The translations under genes were made by a program, and so were the position numbers. A DNA stretch of 64,000 nucleotides, taken from positions 1,637,215 through 1,701,214 of the forward strand of contig CAVRAV010000001.1 in NCBI GenBank assembly GCA_963719165.1. The letters are read 5' to 3'. Position 1 is the stretch's first letter. Each line of letters opens with the position of its first letter. The notes under the pieces were generated by a model. It was not told where the DNA came from, searched no databases, and saw only the letters and a list, made by a program, of their open reading frames with translations. This stretch comes from an uncultured Actinomycetes bacterium (GTDB lineage: Bacteria > Actinomycetota > UBA4738 > HRBIN12). Positions 20,156-29,065 of the stretch are shown here, one piece after another.

Positions 20156-21100
20156 GTGGATGCCGTGCTCGAATGCGTGGGTCTGCGCAAGACGTTCGGA
20201 GCGCGCGTCGCCGTGGACGACGTGAGCTTCGCGATCGCCCCCGGGGAGACCTACGGACTCCTCGGCCCCAACGGGGCGGGCAAGACCACCACGATCTCCA
20301 TGGTGTGCGGGCTGCTCGGGCGTGACGGGGGGCGCGTAACCGTCCAGGGTGAGGCGCTCGACCCCGGCACGGTCAAGGTCAAGGCCGCGATCGGCTTCGT
20401 ACCGCAGGAGATCGCGATCTACCCCGACCTCAGCGCCCGCGAGAACCTGCGGTTCTTCGGCAAGCTCTACGGGCTCTCGGGGGCCGACCTGGACGCACGG
20501 ATCGAGCGACTCCTGGACACGATCGGCCTGGCGGATCGTGGGGATGAGCGCACGGACGCCTTCTCGGGCGGCATGAAGCGGCGGCTCAACATCGCGTTGG
20601 GGATGCTGAACGATCCGGCGCTACTCGTGCTCGACGAGCCCACCGCGGGTGTGGATCCGCAGAGTCGCAACGCCATCCTCGGCACGGTGGAATCGCTCGC
20701 ATCCACGGGCATGGCCGTGCTCTACACGACGCACTACATGGAGGAGGCCGAGCGGCTCTGCGATCGCGTCGGCATCCTCGACGAAGGAACGATGAAGGCG
20801 GAGGGCACGCGCAGGGAGTTGATCTCGTTGGTGGGTGAACAGGACCGGCTCCGGGTCGAGGTCCGCGGCGACCTGCCCGCCGCGGCGAGCGCGACCCTGG
20901 CCGTGCCGGGGGTGACGGAGGCCGTCGCCCGGGAGGGCGGGCTCGACCTGATGGCGCGCGACGTGCGCGCGTCGCTCGCGGAGATCGTGCTCGCGATCGA
21001 CGGCACGGGCGCCGGCATCCTTTCGATGGAGGTCCACGAGCCCAACCTGGAGGCGGTCTTCCTGCACCTCACCGGCAAAGCGCTCCGCGACGAGGAGTAG
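20156..21100 (+). CDS. ABC transporter ATP-binding protein
   Basis: Walker A GPNGAGKTT, ABC signature FSGGMKRRLNIA, Walker B LLVLDEPTAGVD. Confidence 0.9.
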   Translation: MDAVLECVGLRKTFGARVAVDDVSFAIAPGETYGLLGPNGAGKTTTISMVCGLLGRDGGRVTVQGEALDPGTVKVKAAIGFVPQEIAIYPDLSARENLRFFGKLYGLSGADLDARIERLLDTIGLADRGDERTDAFSGGMKRRLNIALGMLNDPALLVLDEPTAGVDPQSRNAILGTVESLASTGMAVLYTTHYMEEAERLCDRVGILDEGTMKAEGTRRELISLVGEQDRLRVEVRGDLPAAASATLAVPGVTEAVAREGGLDLMARDVRASLAEIVLAIDGTGAGILSMEVHEPNLEAVFLHLTGKALRDEE

Positions 21101-21103
21101 GCG

Positions 21104-22258
21104 TTGCGCAACGCCTGGACCATCGCGCGCAAGGACCTGAAGCGCCGCGTGCGCGACCGCACGGCCATCCTGGTGGCGCTCGTGCTTCCGTTCGCGCTGG
21201 CGGGGATCTTCAGCCTGACGTTGAGCGGCGTCGACAGCGGCGCGTTCGAGGTGACCTACGCGGTCGTCGGCTCCGACGGGGGCGCCCTCCCCGGGGACTT
21301 CACCCAGGAACTCAAGGCCCTGGGGTTCGTGACGTTGCGCGACGCCGGCTCGCGAGCCGCGGCTGAGCGCCTGGCCGAGGACGGCGACGTCGACGCTGCC
21401 ATCGTGTTCCCGCCCGGGTTCACCAACGACGTGCGCGCGGGTGACGGCGGCCGCATCGAGGTGCTGACCTCCCCCGACTCCAGCATCGGTTCGCTCGTCG
21501 CCGTGTCGCTCGCACGCTCGTTCGGCTCGAACCTGGACGCTGTTGGGCTCGCCGTCGCGGCGGTCGCCGGCCCGGGAGGGCGGAGCGACCCGGCGTTGGT
21601 CGCGCTGGCGCGGACCCTCCCTCCCGCCGCCACGATCCGGACGGCCACCGTCGAGGACCAGGTGGCGTCCCAGTCCACGTTCTTCTCGATCGGGATGGCC
21701 GTGTTCTTCCTGTTCTTCGCGGTGGAGTTCGGCGTGCGCGGTCTGCTGGAGGAGCGCGAACAGGGCACCCTCTCCCGGCTGCTGGTCGCGCCGATCGATC
21801 CGTCCTCGGTGATCGGCGGGAAGGCCCTGACGAGCTTCGCCCTGGGCCTCGTGAGCACCACGACGCTCGTGGTGGCGACCACCTGGTTGCTCGGCGCCGA
21901 GTGGGGAGCCCCGGGCGAGGTGGCGCTGCTCGTGGTCGCCGGCGTCCTCGCGGCGGTCGGCGTCACCGCCATGGTCGCCACGTTCGCGACCACCACCGCA
22001 CAGGCCGGTGCGTTCGTCTCGGTGGTCGCGGTGGTGGGGGGCTTGCTGGGCGGGACGTTCTTCCCGATCTCGCAGGCGGGCTGGCTCGGGACCCTCCGGT
22101 TCCTCTCGCCGCAGGGATGGCTCATGCGCGGCTTCCAGGAGGCTTCCTCGGGCGGTGGGATGCGCAACATCGCGGCGCCGCTCGCGGGCATCCTCGCGAT
22201 CGCGCTCGTCACCGGGGCCGTCGCCTGGGCGCGGGCCAAACGCATGGTGGCGGGATGA
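21104..22258 (+). CDS. ABC-2 family transporter permease
   Basis: N-terminal TM, large extracytoplasmic loop, then 5 TM helices; follows the ATPase by 3 nt. Confidence 0.8.
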   Translation: MRNAWTIARKDLKRRVRDRTAILVALVLPFALAGIFSLTLSGVDSGAFEVTYAVVGSDGGALPGDFTQELKALGFVTLRDAGSRAAAERLAEDGDVDAAIVFPPGFTNDVRAGDGGRIEVLTSPDSSIGSLVAVSLARSFGSNLDAVGLAVAAVAGPGGRSDPALVALARTLPPAATIRTATVEDQVASQSTFFSIGMAVFFLFFAVEFGVRGLLEEREQGTLSRLLVAPIDPSSVIGGKALTSFALGLVSTTTLVVATTWLLGAEWGAPGEVALLVVAGVLAAVGVTAMVATFATTTAQAGAFVSVVAVVGGLLGGTFFPISQAGWLGTLRFLSPQGWLMRGFQEASSGGGMRNIAAPLAGILAIALVTGAVAWARAKRMVAG

Positions 22259-23417
22259 AGGCGTTCGTGATCGCGGGCGCCAACCTGCGCCGGCTCCTGC
22301 GGGACCGCACGGGCGCGTTCTTCGTGCTCGTGTTCCCGTTCCTGATCATCCTCGCGCTCGGGGCGGCGTTCGGATCCGGCTTCACGCCCAAGCTCGGGGT
22401 GGTGGGCGGGATCGGGCGAGCTGGGGCAGGACCTGCGCAGCAGGATCGAGGCGACCGAAGGCCTGGACGTCCGGTCGTTCGCCGACGCCGACGCCCTTCG
22501 GCAGGCGGTCGCCCGCGGCGATGTCGAGGGCGGCCTCGTGATCCCCTCGGACTACGACGGCCGGATCCGTGCGGGCGGGACGGTGCCGCTCAGCTACGTG
22601 GCGCGCTCCGGGAGCGCCGGCCAGCGGCTCCAGGCCACGGTGAGCGCGGTGGTCGACGCACAGAGCAACGAGATCCGTGCCGCGAGGTTCGCGGTCTCCG
22701 AGGGGGCGGCCACGGGGTTCGACCAAGGCCTGCTGCGAGCGAGCGCGGCATCGACGGGTTTCTCGGGCGTGAGCGTTCACGAGCCGCATCGCGGGCGGGG
22801 TGAAAGTGGCGAGGCCGTTCGACACGGGCGCGGCACAGGAGCTCGTCTTGTTCATCTTCCTGACGTCGCTCTCTGCCTCGGCGATGTTGATCGAGACGCG
22901 CAGGCTCGGCTTGACGAGGCGGATGCTGGCCTCGCCCACGCCGGTGCGCACGATCCTGGCGGGCGAGACGCTCGGACGCTACGCGATCGCTCTCGTCCAG
23001 GGCACGCTGATCGTGGTGGGCACGCTGCTCGTCTTCCGCGTGGAGTGGGGCAACCCCCTCACGACGGGGCTGGTGGTCGTACTGTTCGCGCTCGCCGCGA
23101 CCGGAGCCGCCATGCTCATGGGATCGCTCCTTCGCAACGCCGCCCAGGCGGGAGCCGTCGGGGTGTTCCTCGGGCTGGTGCTGGCGGCCCTCGGAGGGTG
23201 CATGGTCCCCCTCGAGGTCTTCCCCCCGGCGATCTTCGCCATCGCGCATCTCACCCCGCACGCCTGGGCGATCCAGGCGCTGACCGACTCGATCGCCACG
23301 CACGCCTCGCCGGCGGACGTCGCGACCGACCTCGCGGTCCTGAGCGCCTACGCGCTCGTGCTCCTGAGCGTGGCCACGGTGGTGCTGCGCAGGACGATCA
23401 CCGACCCGGGCGGCTGA
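22255..23417 (+). pseudogene. Second ABC-2 permease, broken by two apparent frameshifts (~22415 and ~22780)
   Basis: One continuous permease read across three frames: MKAFVIAGANL...KLGVVGG (frame of 21901), GELGQDLRSRIEATEG...STGFSGVS (frame of 22538), ARPFDTGAAQELVLFIFL...TITDPGG (frame of 22800); ATGA overlap with the upstream permease. Confidence 0.7.
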
Positions 23418-23443
23418 GCCCGTCGCCCCCGAGGCCGGCCCCC

Positions 23444-23818
23444 CTAGACCTGGTTCGAGAGCTCGATGCTCCAGCGCCACGCCGAGAAGTCCTCGGCGTG
23501 CCACCAGGCCGTGAGGATCCCGACCTCGCCGCCCGGCAGGATCACCGGCTTGCCGAGGTCGGAGCCGTCGGGCCAGACGTTCTCGCGCTCCACCGCCCGG
23601 CCGCGGATCCACAGGCGCGCGATCGGCGAGGCCAGCTCCCCCGGCAGCTCGCTCCCCCGCGCCACCAAGTTGCGGTCCTCGTCGAACACCTCGACGTCGA
23701 CGCGCTCGGGCAGGGCGTGGGCCAGCACGTCGGTGTGCGGCTCCATGCGGCCGCGCGCGACTTCGAGTCCCGCCGACGCGCCATCGGGGTTGCGGATCTC
23801 CCAGATGTGCACGGCCAC
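23444..23818 (-). CDS. Hypothetical protein
   Basis: Coding-like composition; convergent with the permease. Confidence 0.45.
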   Translation of the reverse strand: MAVHIWEIRNPDGASAGLEVARGRMEPHTDVLAHALPERVDVEVFDEDRNLVARGSELPGELASPIARLWIRGRAVERENVWPDGSDLGKPVILPGGEVGILTAWWHAEDFSAWRWSIELSNQV

Positions 23819-23830
23819 GGCGTCGGCTCC

Positions 23831-25198
23831 CTAGGACGCCGGGACGATGTTCTGGTTCAGGTGGAACAGGTTGTCGGGGTCGTAGGTGCGTTTGACCGTC
23901 GTCAGCCGATCGTAGTTGCCCCGATAGTTCTCCCGGATCCTCGCCTGGTCGTCCTCGGCCATGAAGTTGATGTACCCGCCCTCCTCAGAATGAGGCGAGA
24001 CCGCCGCGTGGTAGTCCTTCACCCAGGCGATGTTGGCCTCGTTCTGGCCGGGGTCGGGCCACATGCCCGCGATGACCGCGGCGAAGTTCGCGTCTCGATA
24101 CGCGAACGCCGTGGCATCGGGCGCCACCCGATGCGCCGCGCCGTTGATCGGGTAGATGTGCACGGTCGAGTTGACGACCGGAACCTTGGCTCCGTGCTCG
24201 AGGTGCGCGGCGATGAGGTCGTCGGTGAGCTCCTTGACGAAGCTCGCCTTCCAGTAGTGCTGCAGGCCGGCCGGGACGAGCCCGTCGAACGCTGCGTTCA
24301 GCGCCGGATAGGGCATGGGGCCGATCATCTCGGCCACCACGGGGGCGGCGTCGCGCAGCCCCTTCAGGTGGACCTCGCCCTCGTCCAGCGGGCCGGTCCA
24401 GCACGACACGAACGCCATGAACGTGTCGCCGTGGCGGTCCTCAGGGATGAACGGCAGCGGCGGCGCGATCTGGAAGGCCGGGAATCCGCCGAACTGCTCG
24501 GGGGCGTCGGCGATGAACGCTCGGTACCACTCGAGGACGGCGCGCCCGTCGGACAGCTCGAAGAACATCGCTCCGCCGTAGATCATGTCGACGGGTGCCA
24601 GCTTGAACTCGAACGAGGTGACGACCCCGAAGTTCCCGCCGCCGCCACGGATGGCCCAGAAGAGATCCTCGTGCTCGCGCTCGCTCGCGATCACCATGGC
24701 GCCGTCCGCCGTGACCACGTCGGCGGACACGAGGTTGTCCAACGAGAGGCCAAGGCCCCTCGTGAGATAGCCGATGCCGCCGCCCAGGGTGAGTCCACCC
24801 ACGCCCGTGGTCGAGATGATGCCCCCGGTGCTCGCCAGGCCGTATGCGCCCGTGGCGTGGTTGAAATCACCCCACGTCGCTCCGCCGCCGGCTCGCGCCG
24901 TGGCGGCGCGCGGGTCCACGCGAACGCCGCGCATCCCCGACAGGTCGATCGCCACGCCGCCGTCGCACGTGCCGAAGCCCGGCACGCTGTGGCCGCCCCC
25001 GCGGACCGCGAGATCGAGCCGGTTCTCACGCGCGTGGTCGACGCACGCCATCACGTCGCCGGCATCGACGGCTCGAACGACGACGGCGGGGTGCCGATCG
25101 ATCATCGCGTTGTACACGACGCGGGCCTCCTCGTAGCCCTCGTCACCTTGCGCCACGACCTCGCCCCTGACCCGTTCCCTGAGCTGATCCAGGCCCAT
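23831..25198 (-). CDS. FAD-linked oxidase (FAD_binding_4 + berberine-bridge-enzyme-like C-terminus)
   Basis: ATG at 25198; FAD-binding PCMH domain (RGGGHSVPGF, TGGIISTTGVGGLTLGGGIG); BBE-like tail. Confidence 0.85.
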   Translation of the reverse strand: MGLDQLRERVRGEVVAQGDEGYEEARVVYNAMIDRHPAVVVRAVDAGDVMACVDHARENRLDLAVRGGGHSVPGFGTCDGGVAIDLSGMRGVRVDPRAATARAGGGATWGDFNHATGAYGLASTGGIISTTGVGGLTLGGGIGYLTRGLGLSLDNLVSADVVTADGAMVIASEREHEDLFWAIRGGGGNFGVVTSFEFKLAPVDMIYGGAMFFELSDGRAVLEWYRAFIADAPEQFGGFPAFQIAPPLPFIPEDRHGDTFMAFVSCWTGPLDEGEVHLKGLRDAAPVVAEMIGPMPYPALNAAFDGLVPAGLQHYWKASFVKELTDDLIAAHLEHGAKVPVVNSTVHIYPINGAAHRVAPDATAFAYRDANFAAVIAGMWPDPGQNEANIAWVKDYHAAVSPHSEEGGYINFMAEDDQARIRENYRGNYDRLTTVKRTYDPDNLFHLNQNIVPAS

Positions 25199-25314
25199 GC
25201 CCACGTCCAACACTCCTTTCCGCCGGAACGACACGGTTCTACTCCCCCTTCGACGTAGACCGCAACTCCGGATAGGCCGGGTTGGCCGTCACCTCCGGGC
25301 CTTAGGGTGGCCGC

Positions 25315-27402
25315 GTGAACGACGTCTCGACCGCGGCCCTCGACCATCTCCGGCGCATGCTCGGGCCCGAGGCCGTGTTCCGTACCGGTCAGCCCGAGGC
25401 CATCGAGGCGGTTGCGCGCGACGGGGGCCGCGTCCTGCTCGTGCAGCGCACGGGCTGGGGCAAGTCCGCCGTGTACTTCATCGCCACCGAACTCCTGCGC
25501 GAACGAGGCGCCGGCCCGACCTTGCTCGTCTCCCCGCTGCTGGCGCTCATGCGCAACCAGATAGAGATGGCCGCCCGCATCGGTGTGCGCGCGGAGACGA
25601 TCAACAGCACCAACCCCGACGCGTTCGAACCCATCGTCCGACGCCTCGCCGACGACGAGATCGACCTGCTCCTGGTTTCGCCGGAACGCTTCGCGAACGC
25701 GCGATTCCGCGAGGAGATGCTTTCGGTGATCGCTCGGAAGGTCGGCCTGCTCGTGATCGACGAAGCGCATTGCATCAGCGATTGGGGCCATGACTTCCGT
25801 CCCGACTATCGCCGGATCGTGAGCGTGCTCGACGCGCTTCCGGATCGCGTGCCGGTGCTCTGCACCACCGCCACCGCGAACGACCGCGTGATCGCCGACA
25901 TCACCGAGCAGCTCGGCGGCGGGTTGCAGACGTTCCGCGGCACCCTGGACCGCGAGAGCCTCTCCCTGGCCGTCGCCGACGTGCCGAGCCAAGCCGAGCG
26001 GATGGCCTGGCTCGCGCAGACCATCCCGGGCCTCGACGGCTCGGGCATCGTCTACGTGCTCACCATCGCCGACGGCGAACGCGTGGCGGCCTTCCTGCGT
26101 CGCATGGGCATCGACGCCGAGGCCTACAGCGGCGCCACGGACAACGACGACCGCGTGCGTTTGGAACAGGCCCTGATCGCGAACGAGTTGAAGGTGCTGG
26201 TGGCCACCTCGGCGCTCGGCATGGGGTTCGACAAACCCGACCTCGGCTTCGTGATCCACTACCAATCCCCCGGCTCGCCCATCGCCTACTACCAGCAGGT
26301 CGGGCGCGCGGGCCGCGCGCTCGCTCACGCCCCCGCGGTGCTGCTCTGCGGCGTGGAGGATCGCGAGATCCAGGACTACTTCATCGAGACGGCGTTCCCG
26401 CCCCGTGAGCAGGCGGAGGCGATCGTCGGCCTGCTCGCGTCGGCAGACGGCTCGGGCCCCACGTCGCTGAACGAGCTGATGGCGGCCGTGAACGTCCGTC
26501 GCTCGCGACTCGAGTCCATGCTGAAGGTCCTCGAGGTGGAGGGGGCCGTGGCGCGCGAACGCGGCGGGTACGTTCGGACGCAGCGACCTTGGACCTACCC
26601 CGCCGAGCGCGTCGATCACATCACCGCGCTCCGACGGCATGAGCAGGAGGCCATGCGCCGTTACGCCCACCACGACGGGTGCCTCATGGAGTTCCTGCGG
26701 CGCGAATTGGACGACCCGGGCGCCGAACCGTGCGGGCGATGCATGGTGTGCACGGCCTCGCCGTTGCAGGTCGAGGTGGCGCCGGAACTGCGGGCCGCCG
26801 CGCGGGAGCACCTGCGCGGATCCGACCTGTTCGTGGAACCGCGCAAGCAATGGCCGTCGGGCATGCCGGGCGCGGGGTCGCCCAAGGGACGCATCACCGA
26901 GGAGGAGCGGCCCGAGATCGGCCGCGCGCTCTCGGTGGTGGGCGACGGCGGCTGGGGACGGCTGGTGGCGCAGGGTCGTGGCGAGGACGAGCGTTTCGCC
27001 GACGACCTCGTGGCGGCGTCGGCCGAGCTGGTCTCCCGGCGGTGGGAGCCGGAGCCCGCCCCCGGTTGGGTGACCTGCGTGCCCTCGATGACGCACCCCG
27101 ATCTCGTGCCCGACTTCGCGCGGCGGCTCGCGGCGGCGCTGGGCCTCCCGTTCCACGAGGCCGTCCGCAAGGTGGGGCAGAACCAGCCCCAGGCAACCAT
27201 GCGCAACAGCGCTCAGCAGGTGCGCAACGTCTGGGACGCCTTCGAGGTCGACGGGCTCGGTGCGTCGTCCAGGGACCCCGTCCTCCTCGTCGACGATCTC
27301 GCCGACTCCCGGTGGACGCTGACCGTGGTCTCGCGCGCGCTCCGGCAGGCCGGCAGCGGGCCGGTCCTCCCCTTCGTGCTGGCCACCGCCGTCAACGGAT
27401 AG
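25315..27402 (+). CDS. recQ: RecQ-family ATP-dependent DNA helicase with a ~250-aa C-terminal extension
   Basis: Motif I TGWGKS, DEAH, helicase C; RQC-like Zn-binding Cys (CGRCMVC); long C-terminal domain. Confidence 0.8.
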   Translation: MNDVSTAALDHLRRMLGPEAVFRTGQPEAIEAVARDGGRVLLVQRTGWGKSAVYFIATELLRERGAGPTLLVSPLLALMRNQIEMAARIGVRAETINSTNPDAFEPIVRRLADDEIDLLLVSPERFANARFREEMLSVIARKVGLLVIDEAHCISDWGHDFRPDYRRIVSVLDALPDRVPVLCTTATANDRVIADITEQLGGGLQTFRGTLDRESLSLAVADVPSQAERMAWLAQTIPGLDGSGIVYVLTIADGERVAAFLRRMGIDAEAYSGATDNDDRVRLEQALIANELKVLVATSALGMGFDKPDLGFVIHYQSPGSPIAYYQQVGRAGRALAHAPAVLLCGVEDREIQDYFIETAFPPREQAEAIVGLLASADGSGPTSLNELMAAVNVRRSRLESMLKVLEVEGAVARERGGYVRTQRPWTYPAERVDHITALRRHEQEAMRRYAHHDGCLMEFLRRELDDPGAEPCGRCMVCTASPLQVEVAPELRAAAREHLRGSDLFVEPRKQWPSGMPGAGSPKGRITEEERPEIGRALSVVGDGGWGRLVAQGRGEDERFADDLVAASAELVSRRWEPEPAPGWVTCVPSMTHPDLVPDFARRLAAALGLPFHEAVRKVGQNQPQATMRNSAQQVRNVWDAFEVDGLGASSRDPVLLVDDLADSRWTLTVVSRALRQAGSGPVLPFVLATAVNG

Positions 27403-27430
27403 GGACGGCCGCGGCTCGGGGTCGCTTCGC

Positions 27431-28612
27431 TCAGCGTTCGTCCTGGCGGGCGATGAACTCGGCCATGCCCGGCACGGTGAACCCGATCAGACCGTGTTCG
27501 GGGGCGTAGACGAGGCCCTTGTGGATGAGGTTCGCTCGAGTGGGGCCCACGGCGGCCGGCTCCTTGTCCAGCCGTCGCGCCACCTCCCCCGACTGGCTCG
27601 GCCCCTGCCCGTCCACGGCCATCGCGCTCATGTACGCGCGTTCCGTGGGGCTCGCTCGCTCCCAGCGGCTCCTGAAGAACCCGTGATCGAGGCTGTCCAT
27701 GCCCACGCGGATGCCCACCTCGGCGTCGGCGAGCTCGATGCCGGGTCCCGGGGCGAAGTCCCACGACGCCTTCCCGAACTCCTGGAGGAAGTAGGGGTAG
27801 CCCGAGGACCGAGTCACGATGGCCTCGACGGCGTCGAGGGCCCAGCTCACCTCCACGTCGTCCGCGGGCCGGGTGAGCGCGGCCGCCGCCGCGGTCGCGT
27901 CGAGCGCCCCGATCATGAGGTACTCGAACAAGCGCTCGGCGTAGGAGCGCGCCTCGGCGAGGACCCGCGGGAGCGACGGGAGCCCGGCTCCCACCACGTA
28001 GAACTGGGCGTCCTGCTGCCCCGCCTCGTGACACGCCTGGCAGATCGCGCTGAGCTCGCCGTCGTCCAGATCCTGCATCTCGTCGATGAACAGCGCGACC
28101 CCGGTGCCGAAGTCCAGAGCCGCGGCCGCGAGGTCGAGCCCCAGGTCGGTGAGGTCGATCTCCAGCGACCCGGTGTCGGCGCGGCCACGCTCCGGATCGA
28201 TCTCGATCCCCACGGACAACCCGCCGCTGGGGTCCGTGCTCAGGGAGAAGGACCTGAACGTTGCGAGAGCGCGGCGCGCCTTCTCCGCGACGCCCCAGGA
28301 GCCGGTGGCTTCTCGCAGCGCACGGTTCAACGACCGCGCGACCTGCACCCTGAAGGGCCGGCTCCCGCCTCCGCCCTCGGCCTCGACCTTCGCAACGATC
28401 CACCCGTCGGATCGCGCTCGCTCGGCGAGCTCGTTCAACAAGACGGTCTTGCCGACGCCCCGCAGTCCGGTCATCACGATGCTCCGGCTCGTGAGCCCGC
28501 GCCCGGCCCGATCCCGCAGGACGTCGAACAGCTCGATCTCGCGATCGCGCCCGGCGAGCTCGCGAGGCCGCAGTCCGGCCCCAGGTGAATACGGATTCGA
28601 CACGGGATCCAT
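27431..28612 (-). CDS. AAA/ORC-Cdc6-like ATPase (archaeal-type ATP-binding protein)
   Basis: Walker A GLRGVGKT, Walker B LFIDEMQDL; C-terminal winged-helix-like region. Confidence 0.75.
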   Translation of the reverse strand: MDPVSNPYSPGAGLRPRELAGRDREIELFDVLRDRAGRGLTSRSIVMTGLRGVGKTVLLNELAERARSDGWIVAKVEAEGGGGSRPFRVQVARSLNRALREATGSWGVAEKARRALATFRSFSLSTDPSGGLSVGIEIDPERGRADTGSLEIDLTDLGLDLAAAALDFGTGVALFIDEMQDLDDGELSAICQACHEAGQQDAQFYVVGAGLPSLPRVLAEARSYAERLFEYLMIGALDATAAAAALTRPADDVEVSWALDAVEAIVTRSSGYPYFLQEFGKASWDFAPGPGIELADAEVGIRVGMDSLDHGFFRSRWERASPTERAYMSAMAVDGQGPSQSGEVARRLDKEPAAVGPTRANLIHKGLVYAPEHGLIGFTVPGMAEFIARQDER

Positions 28613-28701
28613 CGATATCGGAGTCTAGCTGGGTATAACGACAGACGATAGAGCCCGATACATCGCTGTATACCTCCATCACTCCTGCCACGCGAGCCTG
28701 C

Positions 28702-29004
28702 GTGGCCTCGCGGGGCGCGGTACGGTTGGTGGGTATGGCCGAGTACGAAGCGTGTCCCTGTCGCGGGTATCGGGAATGTCCGATGTGCAAGGATCTTCGT
28801 CCGTGCGGCCAATTCGGGCACAGCCGCTGGTGTCCTCCCTGCCAACGCCTGCGGCGCCAGGGTCTGCGCCCGCGGCCCTCGACCCGCCGGGCCCAGATGC
28901 CCGCCGGTCGGATCTGCCGGGGCGAGGGCTGCGGCACCCGCCTGTCGGTCTACAACGCCGATGACCGATGTGCGGTCTGCGTGCGTGGCCGCCAGCCCGT
29001 CTAG
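28702..29004 (+). CDS. Small Cys-rich zinc-ribbon-like protein (paralog family with 52166..52462)
   Basis: 13 Cys, with CPCRGYRECPMC and the shared motif CRGEGCGTRLSVYNADDRCAVC; immediately upstream of the LuxR regulator; the start may be at about 28735 (MAEYEA). Confidence 0.5.
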   Translation: MASRGAVRLVGMAEYEACPCRGYRECPMCKDLRPCGQFGHSRWCPPCQRLRRQGLRPRPSTRRAQMPAGRICRGEGCGTRLSVYNADDRCAVCVRGRQPV

Positions 29005-29065
29005 CGAGCCGACGACGACGCCCGCGCGGGGGGCGTACGCTCCTGCGGCGACGTGACAGGGGCGA

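Noticed and set aside
22538-25258. 906-aa ORF
   Set aside because: Only the first ~250 nt are real (middle segment of the frameshifted ABC-2 permease). The remainder is an antisense GC-frame artefact over the FAD-oxidase gene, with R/P/G/A-rich junk and no domains.
25102-27156. 684-aa minus-strand ORF
   Set aside because: Antisense to the well-supported RecQ helicase; Arg/Gly/Pro-rich composition typical of high-GC shadow ORFs.
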